A DNA stretch of 64,000 nucleotides, taken from assembly GCA_964247055.1 (NCBI GenBank), contig OZ176052.1, positions 7,688,001 to 7,752,000 on the forward strand, in the 5' to 3' direction. Shown piece by piece: positions 13,601 to 25,992 of this stretch. The notes under the pieces were generated by a model. The model saw only the letters and a program-made list of their open reading frames with translations, was not told the origin of the DNA and did not search any database. The stretch's first letter is position 1. Each line of letters begins with the position of its first letter. Made by a program: the position numbers and the translations under genes. This stretch comes from Paragordius varius. Its lineage: Eukaryota; Animalia; Nematomorpha.

Positions 13601-16600
13601 AATATAATATGTTAGACTCCTGTGAAAACCAGGAATTATATTATATAAAAAATTTGTCTTTTTGAAGAAATGGGGCTGTAAACAAAAAAACTACTCCATA
13701 AAAATAAATTTAAAAATTTTTTATGGCTTGGAAAACAATCGGAATACCTGTAAAGTTCTTGTTTTTTCAATTTAACCATAACACTGGACAACAAATTTTT
13801 CTGCCACTTGAGTTTTTTGCATTTTCTGATATTTAGTATCATTCTAACAGTAAATCCGAAATAAAAATTATAACCCGTTGGAAGAATTTTGTATAATTTT
13901 ATTTTTTTGATTATGCGCCCTCTTTATAAATATTTTACTAAAAAATGTTATTCTTTGAAAATATACAAGTAATGCCCTTTTGTAATATATCATTCGAAAG
14001 AGTAATAAAAACTCTTTAAAATGCATACTAATATGTATTACATCGACAGTTAATATTGGACACAAAGAGCGACAAACGCGCGAAGCGAGAGCACTTTTTT
14101 TAATTATTATATTTTTGAAACTAATGGATGAAAATAGCTCAAACTTTGTTTAGATGGTGATGAATGTCCAAAAAAGATAACACAAGAAAGTTTTTTTGAT
14201 TAAAGCCTTTTTTATTGCTTTTATGTCACTCAAAACAGCCATTTTTAAGTTTTTTGTTTTTTAAAAATTACCATCTCATCAATATTAATTTATTTTCTTT
14301 ACGAGGCTGATAATTTCGAAATTTTAAAGATAATAACAAGGTTTAAGGTATTTTTGATCTTTTATAGCCATTATGTAATAAATTTACAGTTATAATTATG
14401 CATTTTTATATCCACTAGGCAAAATATTTATGATAATATTAAATTTTATTAAAAAAGCAAACCAAAAGCTTTTTCAAACATTTTTTTTAAATTAATTACT
14501 AATATAACCCTATTAATTATATTAAAATAATATATATGATTTTCAAATTAGTTTGTCTGTGAAAATTCTTGACTTATTTAAGGATTGAAAATTTCGACCA
14601 TTTAAATCCAAATAACTTTTTACATCCGATTGATTTAAATGACTTATTACCATTTAAAAGATGCAGTTTTTTGCGCTCTTTCGAATGATATAAAATACAT
14701 GGCTTCATATTTAAAACTTTTAATTTTCGAAATTTCGAGTTTAATGTTAAATCGGGGCCAAAAATTATCGATAAACTCTAATATAAAAAAATTCTTTCAT
14801 GCTAGACCAATTTTCCTTTCACATATACTAATTATGTACTTTAATAAAATAAATTTTAAATTTACAAGAATGGCAGTTAAAAAAAGTTAAAATTTGTTGT
14901 CTAGTGTAATTCATTTTTATTCGATAAATAATTCTTATGGAAACCTCAATATTCTATACTATTCTATTTGATTCTAATCTAAACCGTCCGAAGTTCATTG
15001 TAAGCGCCATTTAAAACGGTTTAATAATCAATTGTTACAGGCATTTCATAAATAATAGTTATTAACTAGTCATAGAATTAAATCATTTGGATTTGTGTTG
15101 CTTGCAGGCAACCAAATAATGATCGAATTACATATAAAAAAATTACAATGGCTACGGATTTTAAAACCATAAATTATATCAAATATGTAAATTGGTGGGT
15201 TATATATATATATATTCACACATTTACTTTTAACATTAACAGATAAATGGACATGAAAATCATTTTCACATGAGATTAAAATCGTTTTTTCCAAAACATG
15301 AAACGCAGCAGAAACATCAAAGAAATTTTATTCAAAACACAACTATAGCTAAAGATTTTAACAGAACCATTAACAAAAATGATAATAAGAGAATTACCGC
15401 TAACACATTAAGGTTGTCTAAAAGGGAAAAACGCTCGTTAGATGAACATCATGAAGCCATAATTGCTCAAATAAGGAAAGAAAAATGTGTAAGTTCTTAT
15501 TTTTTTATACTATAAATGTGAGATCGTGGATTTTTTTTGAAATTTTATGATTTTCAATTTCGCGATGCGAATTAATAAAAAAATTAAAAATTTAAATTTT
15601 TTTTAAATATTTACTACAATAGTGACAATTAATATGTAAATTTTTATATCTTTCTACAAACGTAAGACCGTGTTTTTTTTGGAATTTTATGATTTTCAAT
15701 TTCGTTATAAATAAAGAAATTAAAAATAATTATAAGTATTACCTTATCAATGGTAACAATAATCATAACTCATTTTTTATTGCTGGTGAAATCTTTTAAA
15801 AAAGTGTGAAATATCTGTTCGAAAATACCGCTTAAATATGTATTAGGAATAATTAAAAGTAAACATATGATTTCATCGATAATTATAATAAATGATCAAA
15901 TTTAAAATTTTATTTATTAAATTTAAAAAATCTTTGTAAATCAAGGAGTTATTATGTGTTAGTATTTTCATAATTAAGTATTAAATTAATTAAATATTGT
16001 AATAATTAAGGTTCAAGATGTTACACCAATCAGAGGTTTTGTCAGGCAAAAGCGCGGCTTTAGAAAGCTTGATCTGAATTATAAAAAAAGTCAAAATATG
16101 AGGGATCCCAATGATCCTTTATTCCCATATCAATGGTATTTGGTAAGTATTGAAATTTAAATAGTATATGTAAAGAATATATTTGGCAAAATACGTTTGA
16201 TAATTATTTTTTGAGTAAAAAACAGTAAAAAATATACTCTATATAGACATGTAAAAACTAGAAGCAGACACGTAAAATAAAAAACATTTTTTTTGAAAAA
16301 GACAACCATATTTTAAAAAAATTGATCTTTTAAATGTAACTCGTTATGGGTTGCAAAACGGGAAATAGAAATGTAAATTATATACACAATTTAAAATTGT
16401 AATGGAATAGTATATATATGAGAAAAATAAAGTTTTCATTTTTATAGGATGCATTGGTCGTTTAATCTTTACGTTTTATACCTTAATTTTTACTGTATTC
16501 TAATTTGAAATTATTGAATTCGAAAATTAATTTGTAATAGGACAATACAGGACAGAATGGGGGGATTAAAGGGTTAGATTTGCGAGTTAAAGAGGCTTGG

Positions 16601-19600
16601 AATCAAGGAATAACGGGAAAAAATGTTACAACAGCAATTATGGATGATGGTATACCTCTATAAAATTAATCAAAAATTAATATTTGCATATCATACTTTT
16701 TGGTTTTATTTTCAATTGGTAGAATGAATACAAAAATAATTAAAATAATGGTTAAAGATCAAAAATCTTTAAGGCTTAATTTTATATCCTCATTAAATTT
16801 GCGTTCCCTAATATTATTACAATTCATTAAGTAAGTTTAGGTATTTTTACCGTTTAGCGTTTTGTTATTTTAGCATGTATGCGTTAAAGTTATTAGCTAC
16901 ATAATTTTTTGATGCACCCCTTAAAACCATATCTAGATAGCGAAAAAAATATCAATTAAGTATTTGCACTTAGAATTTCGAGCTGAAGTGTATCACTAGC
17001 ACATTGCAGGAAAACATTAAATTAAATTTCTTGCGTAAGTAAGAATCTAGTATTAGAATTATCACTTAATAACAAAAAGGGACGAATTCCGATCGAAGGA
17101 TGCTTTATTTATGGCTAATTAGCCAAAAATAATTAGGCAAAAAATTATATGCTTTCTCCATAGTCCTAATTTGCCTAAATTTAACTATTAAAAAACACCC
17201 TAAACGAATATTATAGGCTATATAATAATAATTGAAATAAATCATATTTTAAATATTATATATATATATATATATATATATTATAGGTGTGGATTATACC
17301 CATGAAGATATGAAAGATAATTATGTAAGTACAAATGTATTTATGCAATTTTGATATAACATAAATCTCGAAAATACCATTGAACTCTTTTAATATTTCA
17401 CTCAAAGGAAAATTTTTTTGTAATAAATTTGACTTTATTCCCAGTATCTATATTTTTATTGGCGAATTGGCTTATAGTTTTAAAATGTTGATTGACCTTA
17501 ATATAAAATACATTTAGAATGCCAAAGCCAGTTATGATTTTAGCAGCAATGATCCATACCCATATCCCCGATATACAGATGATTGGTTCAACAGGTAATA
17601 CATATCACCCTTTTTGCTTAAGTATTTTTCATGCATATGTTACTTTTTTAATTGACAAAATAAGATATGAATATATCACTAACCCATAAAACATTTAAAT
17701 AAATGGCCCATTATAAATAATACATGCCCTGTTCAAATTTGTTTATTCCGTGAATTAAATTGCTACCGGTTTTCATTAATATAAATGAAATTAAAAAAAT
17801 TTTGTTAATCGGTACTTTTACCATAAATCATTATTTTTTTTCGTAGTCATGGTACTCGGTGTGCTGGAGAAGTTGCAGCTAAACGCGATAATGGTATATG
17901 TGGAGTTGGAATTGCCTATGATTCCAAAATAGCCGGAATACGTATGTTAGACCAACCCTATATGACGGATATGATTGAAGCCAATTCCATGGGCCATGAA
18001 CCCAACCTAATCGATATTTACAGCGCATCTTGGGGACCTACGGATGATGGAAAAACGGTAGATGGGCCACGCAATTTGACGATGCGTGCTATAGTCCGAG
18101 GTGTCAATGAAGTGAGTCTATTTTTAAATGCCTTGGTAGAAACGGTAAAGCTAGCTAGGTATAAAAATCAGGATTTTAAACAGTGTAACTTTTATATTAA
18201 CTGTTATTGGGCGGAATTATTGTGCAACTGGAGGGAAGGGTATTAGATGGCATTTTTAGATTTTTTTACTTTCTGAGTATTAATAAATCCGGTTCTTCAG
18301 AAGTTTTAAAAATTTATGGTTATTTCAGACACAATTAACATTGCGATCGTTCGATAGGTAGGTAGCAAAAAATATTAATCAGACAATAAACCATACATTA
18401 AAGAGAGAGAGTTGTGTCCCATATATCACGTTCAATATTCAAGATTGCATTTTCATTATTAATAACAAAGTTTTAAAACTAATTTTTCACAATGTTAGGG
18501 TCGCCACGGTTTGGGCAACATTTATGTCTGGGCTTCGGGGGACGGAGGCAAAGATGATGATTGTAATTGCGATGGGTATGCCGCAAGTATGTGGACCATT
18601 TCTATCAACAGTGCAATCAATACGGGCGAAAATGCTCGGTATGATGAATCCTGTTCTTCAACCTTAGCATCCACGTTTAGTAATGGAGGAAAAAATCCCA
18701 ACTCAGGAGTGGTAAGGAATTAAATGCTGCAAATACAATTGATAATATAAGCGTTTTTTAGATCGATTAAATATAAATACACTATGCACATTAATGTTCA
18801 TTAATTCATATTTATTTTGGTCCATTAACGCAATACAGTAGCATATAGGTAAAAAACAACAAATGGTTGAAATTACAATTTTTCCCTAAGATCATTAAAT
18901 TTTATTTATTATGGACAAAATTTGTTTTATATCATACACTACTGCAGAAACAATTGGCTTACAAAAATGTTAATTGACCAAAACTTATGTATACATAATA
19001 ATAATAATCGAATCATTTATTATTGAAATTAGGCAATATTTGTAGATTAATGTAGTCTATTAATATGTGCCTTTAAAATCGTTTGAAAATATTAATTTAA
19101 ATAGGCCACCACTGATTTATATGGAAAATGTACAAAATCTCATTCTGGCACTTCTGCTGCTGCACCAGAAGCCGCTGGTGTATTTGCTTTAGCCTTAGAA
19201 GCCAAGTATATTTATATTTTTGACATAAAATGTTCTTAATAAAAACCAAAACAATATACCAAATAAAGAAAATATATGATTACTTTAGTTGATCTGAACC
19301 AAGGGTGCTTAACACAAATGGCTTTACCAGCCGCTGAATAAAGAAACTGGCGAGCCGCATTCGCATAATATAAGAATATATATTTTATTTTATAAGCATA
19401 AGACAGTAAAAAGGTTTAGGTAGACAATAAAACTATTATTAATTTCGGCATTTTTCACTAGCTTCTTTGAAAGACTTTTATAAATTTGTTGAAAAATACT
19501 TTTATTAAGATTTGGGGAATTTTTTGCAAAATTATCGTATGTATTGGTAATTTTTCAATTTTTTCGTCGGCTAACATAATTTTGGAGGGGCGTATGTGGT

Positions 19601-21104
19601 TCGGGGGGAACCTGTTAGACAATCCTAATCTACATATTGCTCTCATTTATTAAACTATTTGAAATTGCTAAATATTACCATTGTTTAGGATATAAGCGAA
19701 TAATAATTTTAATACGATAGTTAAACATTAAAATAATTTTTTATTATATTATATATAGCCGAAAACTTACATGGCGTGATATCCAATACCTGACAGTTTT
19801 CACATCCAAGCGCAACTCCCTTTACGATAGCAAAGAAGAATTCCCATGGACTATGAACGGGGTCGGTCTTGAATTTAACCATTTGTTCGGTTATGGTGTT
19901 TTAGATGCAGGGGCTATGGTCGCTTTAGCTAAAATTTGGAAAACAGTTCCGTTGCGCTATCATTGTGAAGCCGGAGTTTTTAAACAGGAAAAGTAATGCA
20001 TTAAATGAGTGTAAATCCATCTTTCATATGCGCTTAAAAGAGAGGATAAAAATTGGACTTTGGGAAAGATTCACTTCCTGAAACTCACTATATAAGCCGT
20101 TTATTCTCTTGGCTTGTAGCTGTTTCATTAGTTTATTTAAAATATGTTTTAAAATATAAGTATTTTATTAACGATATCCTATCCCCTAAAAAATTTATAT
20201 TCTCCCTGCACCTAAGAAGCATATAATATCAGATTTTTATTTTAATATTTAACTGTCATATGAAAGATAGGAGACTAGTTAAAAATCAAAAGTGTTGCAA
20301 CCATAAATTTAAATATATTGGTTTTGTATAGTTACTATGATCGCATCTTCGAGGCCTTGTTGTTAAAGGCAATGTATAATTATTTTAAAAATATGTATTA
20401 GATTAATTCCTTCTCGTGGTTCGCTCATCATAGATTTGGATACCAATAGCTGTGGAGGTCAAGAGAATGAAGTTAATTTTCTGGAACATGTACAATGTAT
20501 AATAACACTAAATAGTACGCGTCGAGGTGATGTCACAATTTTTCTCATATCACCCAGCGGAACTAGGTTAACTTTACTGATTATATGAAATATTTATGAT
20601 ATTTATTGCAAAGATTATGTTTATATTGATTGCGTAATTTTTTGAGAGATTAAATACCTTTACTTGGAAAAGAGAGCAACTAATCTAATAACTGAAATTG
20701 AATTTTCACAAAATTAGCATGTTAATAGACATTATAAGAATATTTGTTTAGATCTATGTTACTGAGTCGAAGGCCCAACGATGATGACAGCCACGATGGA
20801 TTTTATAAATGGCCCTTCATGACGACCCATATATGGGGGGAAGCACCACAAGGCAAATGGACTCTAGAGATTAGATTTAAAGGTATATTTTTTTTATAAG
20901 ATTAAAATAGCTCGGGTCGCATTAAATTGATTCAAACTAAATTTGTTACTTATAGGTGAGGAATTACAAACTGGTTATCTGAAACAATGGACCCTACTTC
21001 TCCATGGTACCAAGGAATCGCCATATGATAAACAAAAAATTACTGATCCCAGATCAAAATTAGCAATAGCAAAAAAGGCCCATGACTTGCGAAAACGAAA
21101 ATAA
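10627..21104 (+). CDS. PCSK2: Neuroendocrine convertase 2 (PC2 / amontillado / EGL-3-like), 13 coding exons: 10627-11082, 15243-15488, 16011-16142, 16541-16649, 17287-17324, 17518-17594, 17847-18111, 18499-18711, 19105-19205, 19759-19992, 20402-20566, 20752-20882, 20956-21104
   Basis: GT-AG exons join in frame. They give the activation site RQKR|[13 protein letters not shown], catalytic Asp (AIMDDGVD), His ([10 protein letters not shown]), Ser (SGTSAAAP), the PC2-diagnostic Asp oxyanion residue (WASGDGG) and P-domain RRGDV. Exons 1-2 (signal and prodomain) are assigned with less certainty. Confidence 0.95.
12912..13287. mobile_element. Tc1/mariner-type MITE in PC2 intron 1
   Basis: TA|CAGTGGACCCCC ... 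GAGGTCCACTG terminal inverted repeats. Confidence 0.7.
14060..14910. mobile_element. Unclassified non-autonomous element in PC2 intron 1
   Basis: Bounded by GC-rich GCGCGAAGCGAGAGC and AAATTTGTTGTCTAGTGTA, ends of a type common in invertebrate repeats; boundaries not confirmed by a second copy. Confidence 0.3.
15525..15800. repeat. Degenerate direct repeat, unit about 140 bp, in PC2 intron 2
   Basis: TTTTTTTG(A/G)AATTTTATGATTTTCAATTTCG occurs at about 15533 and 15675. Confidence 0.5.
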
Positions 21105-21613
21105 ATCTTACAATCTCTTTTAATCAATTTGTTGGGAAAAAAATAAAATCTCTACATCATACTCAAAACTTATTATTATTATTTAACGCTAATTAATTCT
21201 TATATGTATAGTTTTAAAATACATTATTAGATCATATTATCTTTTAAAAAAGAGCCAATTACAAGTGCTAATTTATTTACTACAATTGTAACCAAATAAT
21301 TTAATTTTTGAAAAAAAAGATTTAAATTATTAACTTATACATACATATACAATCCTGGTTATTCATAATAATATAAATTATTGTTATAATTTATTTTTTA
21401 ATTTAATTTTAAAATGTTTCAATTTCACCAAATTTGAATAATAATAAATTACAACCTGTATTTTGTTATTCATATATGATGACACATGTCAAATAGTTTC
21501 AATCAAGAAAATGCAAATTTGAAAATACAATGACAAAGGTTAATTGAAAAAGCAAAATAGGTAGGAGAGTAAAATAAGCAAATTGTGTCCTTTAATTAGG
21601 CATTGTCCAAAAC

Positions 21614-21621
21614 TATAAATA
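21614..21621 (+). promoter_or_regulatory. Putative TATA box of chitin-binding gene A
   Basis: TATAAATA about 80 nt upstream of ATG 21699; the AT-rich background weakens the call. Confidence 0.35.
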
Positions 21622-21698
21622 AGCAGTATCAATCTTGGAAAACATATTTTATTTTAAAAATTTATCAGACCTTAAGCACCATTTTAAACTTCCTAAAA

Positions 21699-22407
21699 AT
21701 GACATTTCTGTTACGCGTAATCCTAGTTTCACTAACGCTCCTAAACTATTATGGCTATTGTCAAATAAATGTTAATGGCGGATTTATCCCAGCGCAAAGT
21801 GGAACTTCCGCTCTAGATTCTTTACCATCGTCTATATCCTCTCTTTCCGATTTATCAGAATTGACAAATTTCCTGAGTTCCGCAACTAATGGAGGTGGAT
21901 TGAGTCAATCACTAACACCCAATGGACAAATCTTGTCTTCACCTCAAGTTGTGTACTCTGCCCTATCGTCGTCAAACCAGGGACCTTTATCACCAGTTAT
22001 AGCGCAACAGAGTCGTTCCCCTTTAGCCCAACCAAGTTTAATTGGCCCGCCGCAAATACCATTTCAAGGACCGGCGGCAACGTTTATACCCCAAGCAAGT
22101 GCAGTGCCGAAACCGGTATATCTCTCAGCCCCCGGAGGTATCGATTATATTTATATTGTTTTATTATTATTATACAAAAAATAAAAAAATATTTTAATGC
22201 GTAGTTAATCCATGTAATTTGTATAACCTTGCTGCCAATGTTATGTACCATGCAAATCCGACCTCCCTTTCGCAGTACATACAATGTGATGAACAAGGTA
22301 TCCCCCATACTTTGAATTGTGCCCCGGGTAGTATATGGAGTCAACCGGCTTATAGCTGTGTTACACCCAGTCAATACATATATTATTCTAGCAAATTTCG
22401 CCGTTAA
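21699..22407 (+). CDS. Secreted Ser/Pro/Gln-rich protein with C-terminal chitin-binding (CBM14/peritrophin-A-like) domain; exons 21699-22137, 22205-22407
   Basis: Signal peptide MTFLLRVILVSLTLL, low-complexity middle, 67-nt GT-AG intron, then NPC...YHANPTSLSQYIQCDEQGIPHTLNCAPGSIWSQPAYSC. Confidence 0.8.
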
Positions 22408-22710
22408 TTTTATTTTATCCAAATAAAAATATATTTAGTATTCAAATGTATGCTATGATGCCATTTTACTTTTTTAACATTGTTATGATGTGTGTAAAAC
22501 CGCACATTCTAATACGCAAATTTTACGTAGATTCATATATGTCTAACCATAATAAATGAAATAGAAAATATATTTTTTACATTTGAATGATATTGTAAAT
22601 ATTTTAGGTTTAAACATCAAAACGTTGTTAAAAACTCGTATTATTCAAATATGAAGTTTTTAACCCTTTTAGCAGTAGCGTGATGTGCATATTTCTGATT
22701 ACTAAAATAG

Positions 22711-22718
22711 TATAAAAG
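22711..22718 (+). promoter_or_regulatory. Putative TATA box of chitin-binding gene B
   Basis: Consensus TATAAAAG followed by GC bases, about 75 nt upstream of ATG 22790. Confidence 0.5.
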
Positions 22719-22789
22719 GCCGCTAACTTTTCCAAAAATTACTTCTTCTTTTTCCTCTATTCATCTCTTATATTAATATTATAACAATT

Positions 22790-23676
22790 ATGATCAAACT
22801 GCTTACTTTGCTTTTGGTTGCAACAGCCTGTTTCTGTAAGGAGGATGGCAAAAGGGTCGTTCGCCAAGCTGGTGTAGTAGGTGAGACTTTATTGATTTTA
22901 ACCGACAAATATAACCTATGCCTATCATTTTAGATCCATCTGGTCAATGCGCTGCTCCATATCAGGCTCATCCAACCGATTACTCCAAATACTTTACTTG
23001 CTCAAATGGTGTGGTAACTCAGATGACTTGCTCTCCTGGTACCTTATGGCATCCACTTAAAATGACATGTGATTTCAAGGATAATGTTTTGGCTTACTAT
23101 GCATCTATGCAAGCGTCTCCAACGGATGTTGCTCTAGGAAAAGGCGGACCATCTCCTCCCATACTTCCAGGTGCACCCATATCAAATATTGATGTGCAAA
23201 CTTTGAAGGCTATCCTGATGAAGATACTTGGTTTCCCCCCAGCTATTGCTGTCCCCCTCCCAGCCCCGTGGTATCCTATCCCAGGCCCTAGTGGCCCGTC
23301 TCAATCATATCCATCTGGTCCTTTTGGAGGTCAAGGTGTAGGTAAAGCTATCGATATCAGTCAATTGCCTTCTCCTCTCCCTGGATTTCCAAGCCAACCC
23401 CCAACAGGACCCGCAGTACAGCCACCACCACCTGGGCAATATCTGCAAGGTCAGTTGCCCACATTTGGCGGTCCAGGTCAAATCCCCAAATATGGTCAAA
23501 TTTCTTATCCATCGGGAGGCTTAATTTCACCACCATACAATCCAAGCGCCGGAGGAAATTTTTTCCCCACTTCAGCTAATCTAGGTCAACCCTCTAGTCA
23601 ACCAATTGTTTTACCACCGGGAAGTCAACAATTGTCTGCAAGTGATTTGCTAAGCATCCTTAATTCACGCAGATAA
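22790..23676 (+). CDS. Secreted protein with N-terminal chitin-binding (CBM14-like) domain and Pro/Gly/Gln-rich tail; exons 22790-22880, 22934-23676
   Basis: Signal peptide MIKLLTLLLVATACFC, basic site KRVVR|Q, 53-nt intron (GTGAG...TAG), then GQC...YQAHPTDYSKYFTCSNGVVTQMTCSPGTLWHPLKMTCD. AATAAA at about 23718 and 23725. Confidence 0.85.
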
Positions 23677-23770
23677 ATGTGTTCGTTAGCGCACTGTGTA
23701 TTTTTCATATACGTATTCAATAAACAATAAATGCTGCATTTTAATATATTTATTTTTTGCTGCTTTTGTT

Positions 23771-24713
23771 ATGCATACTGGGGAAAATATTTTGATAATT
23801 CTGATTCCTTTTTTTATAGTAAATATAATTTTTGGGTTTGTCGGAAATTTTTTATTAATTTTTGTGTGCTTAAGGGGCCGCCGAGTTTCGGCTAAGCCAT
23901 ATCTTATTTTAAAATATTCGGCTTTTGCAAATTTGATCATCTGCATAGGTTACATGATTAATCCGGTTTTGAGGTTTACTCTACCACGGAAATACAATCT
24001 ATTGATTTATGACTGGGTATGGAATATATTTTTATATCGGGTTGTTTTATCTACCCATTCGATTATGAAAAAATTTAGTTTTTCCATGACATTGGCCCTA
24101 AGTCTTGATCGCTACCGTCTGTTATCCTATATTTTATCGTACGAAGTTTTGCATATCTGTTGTTCAAAAAATTGTTGCATCCTTTTTTGCAATTTGCACA
24201 ATTGTGGTTGCGTTTATATATAAACGGTACAAAATCGTAACTATTGACAAGAATAAAAAGTGGTATATTGCAAAGATTAATTATTATAAACGCAATATTC
24301 GTTATTTGCCATATGAAATTTTAATCGAAACCTTGCTTTTGTACATCCCTATTATGATTATACTTGTCTTAAATTTTCGCATTTGTCAAAAGTTTACCAA
24401 TGTAAGAAGAATTAAACACATTTCTACCCCAAGTTCGCGAAAGATTCAAAATTTGCACCGTTTTGGGACAGTTGAACCTCAATTAATTATATCTCTGGTT
24501 ATTACAAGTTTTATTATGGCGATCACTTTGGTACCAATTTCTGTCACTCGGATAGCCATTGTAATACTCAATCAAAATTATCAAACGCCAGTTTTTGTCA
24601 TGTTTAATTTTGTGGAATCGTTTAATTTTACCATGAACTTTTATATTTACTGTTGGATCAATACGGATATCAGACGATTAAGTACAAAAATATTGAAATC
24701 ATGTGCCTTGTAA
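23771..24713 (+). pseudogene. Intronless class A (rhodopsin-like) GPCR, FMRFamide/myosuppressin-receptor-like, frameshifted at about 24116
   Basis: TM1 FGFVGN, TM3 TLALSLDRY in one frame; VCYP and TM4-TM7 (NFTMNFYIYCW) in another. The frame changes just after DRY. Could be a sequencing error. Confidence 0.7.
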
Positions 24714-25970
24714 CAATGTCTTTGTGTAATTTATGTATATTTATTTAATTTTAGTTAAATAAATTGTTATCATTTAACCCGAGTACTTATTAATAGGGTT
24801 GATACAGGATCATAAGTGTACCTTAATATGAAATAATCAAAACCAAACGACCATTCATATCAGTTCTAAAAATAATGTTCAAATTATATTTATCAAAATA
24901 AATCAAATTGATATAAATTTACTTATACCGTTAGTATTTACTAATATTTGGCTAATATGTTGATGTTACTCTAAAAGAGGCAATTCCTAATTGTCATTCA
25001 TGATTCCACTCAAAATCAGTAACACCCAGCCCTGATATATATACAAAGTATTATTTTTTACACCTAAAAATCTATTTAAATGTTATATATGATTTTCGCC
25101 TCAAGACATAATAAATTCTTCTCAGATTTCTTTTTTAAACATTAATCTTTTGTAATTAGATAAAAATTAATTTTTATGAATTTATTTATTTTGTACTTGC
25201 AAGAATATTATAAGCTCAATTTTTCATCTACTTGTTTAAAATCTATATCCCAAATGTAATATGTTGGCTTTGAGACAATTTTCCGAAAAAAGGATAGGGC
25301 CGACATTCAAAAATATAAAATTGAATTTTATACACATATAATATTTTTATTACTTATAATAAACTTATTTAAGAACGCACCGAAAATAATAAGACAGTTC
25401 CCTTTCCCATGACAGTTTTTGCAAAAAGTTGAGTTCATTAAATCAATTTTTAAAGCAATCTATATAATAATTCATCAGTCGTAGTAGATGTTACCAGTAT
25501 AAAGGGGAAAAAAAATATATGGATTTTTTGTTAGACACATGATAAGGTACCACCTCGTAACATATCATAGTAACGTGCCTATGAAGCTAATTAATTTTCG
25601 CCCAAGCTATTGGATCATCTAAATCAATAATGGTTTTAGCTATTTCAACTATTGTAAATATTTCCACACATAAAATGTTGTTCTGAGGCTATTTTTTGAA
25701 TATGATAATCAATCATATGTTTTCCCCGTATAAAAACAACCCCAATTTTTTAAATTGAAACATCTAACCCAGCGATTTTAAATTACTCATAGTAAGATTT
25801 ATCTTGATTCTGGATTACGCCGCAAAACGTGTCTTTAAATCAATCCTCGCAAGTTATGAAGCTATGGAAAATCAAAATTGGTCTTAAGCAAAAGTCTTAG
25901 CTAGACTTTTAAGAGATTCGTCCATGGTGGCCCACCTTAGCAAAATACGCTTCAAACACAACAATAGTCT

Positions 25971-25992
25971 GTGTGTGTGTGTGTGTGTGTGT
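25971..25992. repeat. (GT)n microsatellite
   Basis: Direct reading. Confidence 0.9.

Noticed and set aside
23676-23771. Nematode-style operon with a trans-splice acceptor before the GPCR
   Set aside because: No AG acceptor between the poly(A) signals and the ATG.
24105-24165. GPCR frameshift explained by a micro-intron
   Set aside because: Any GT-AG removal here would delete the conserved VCYP motif; bases are missing, not extra.
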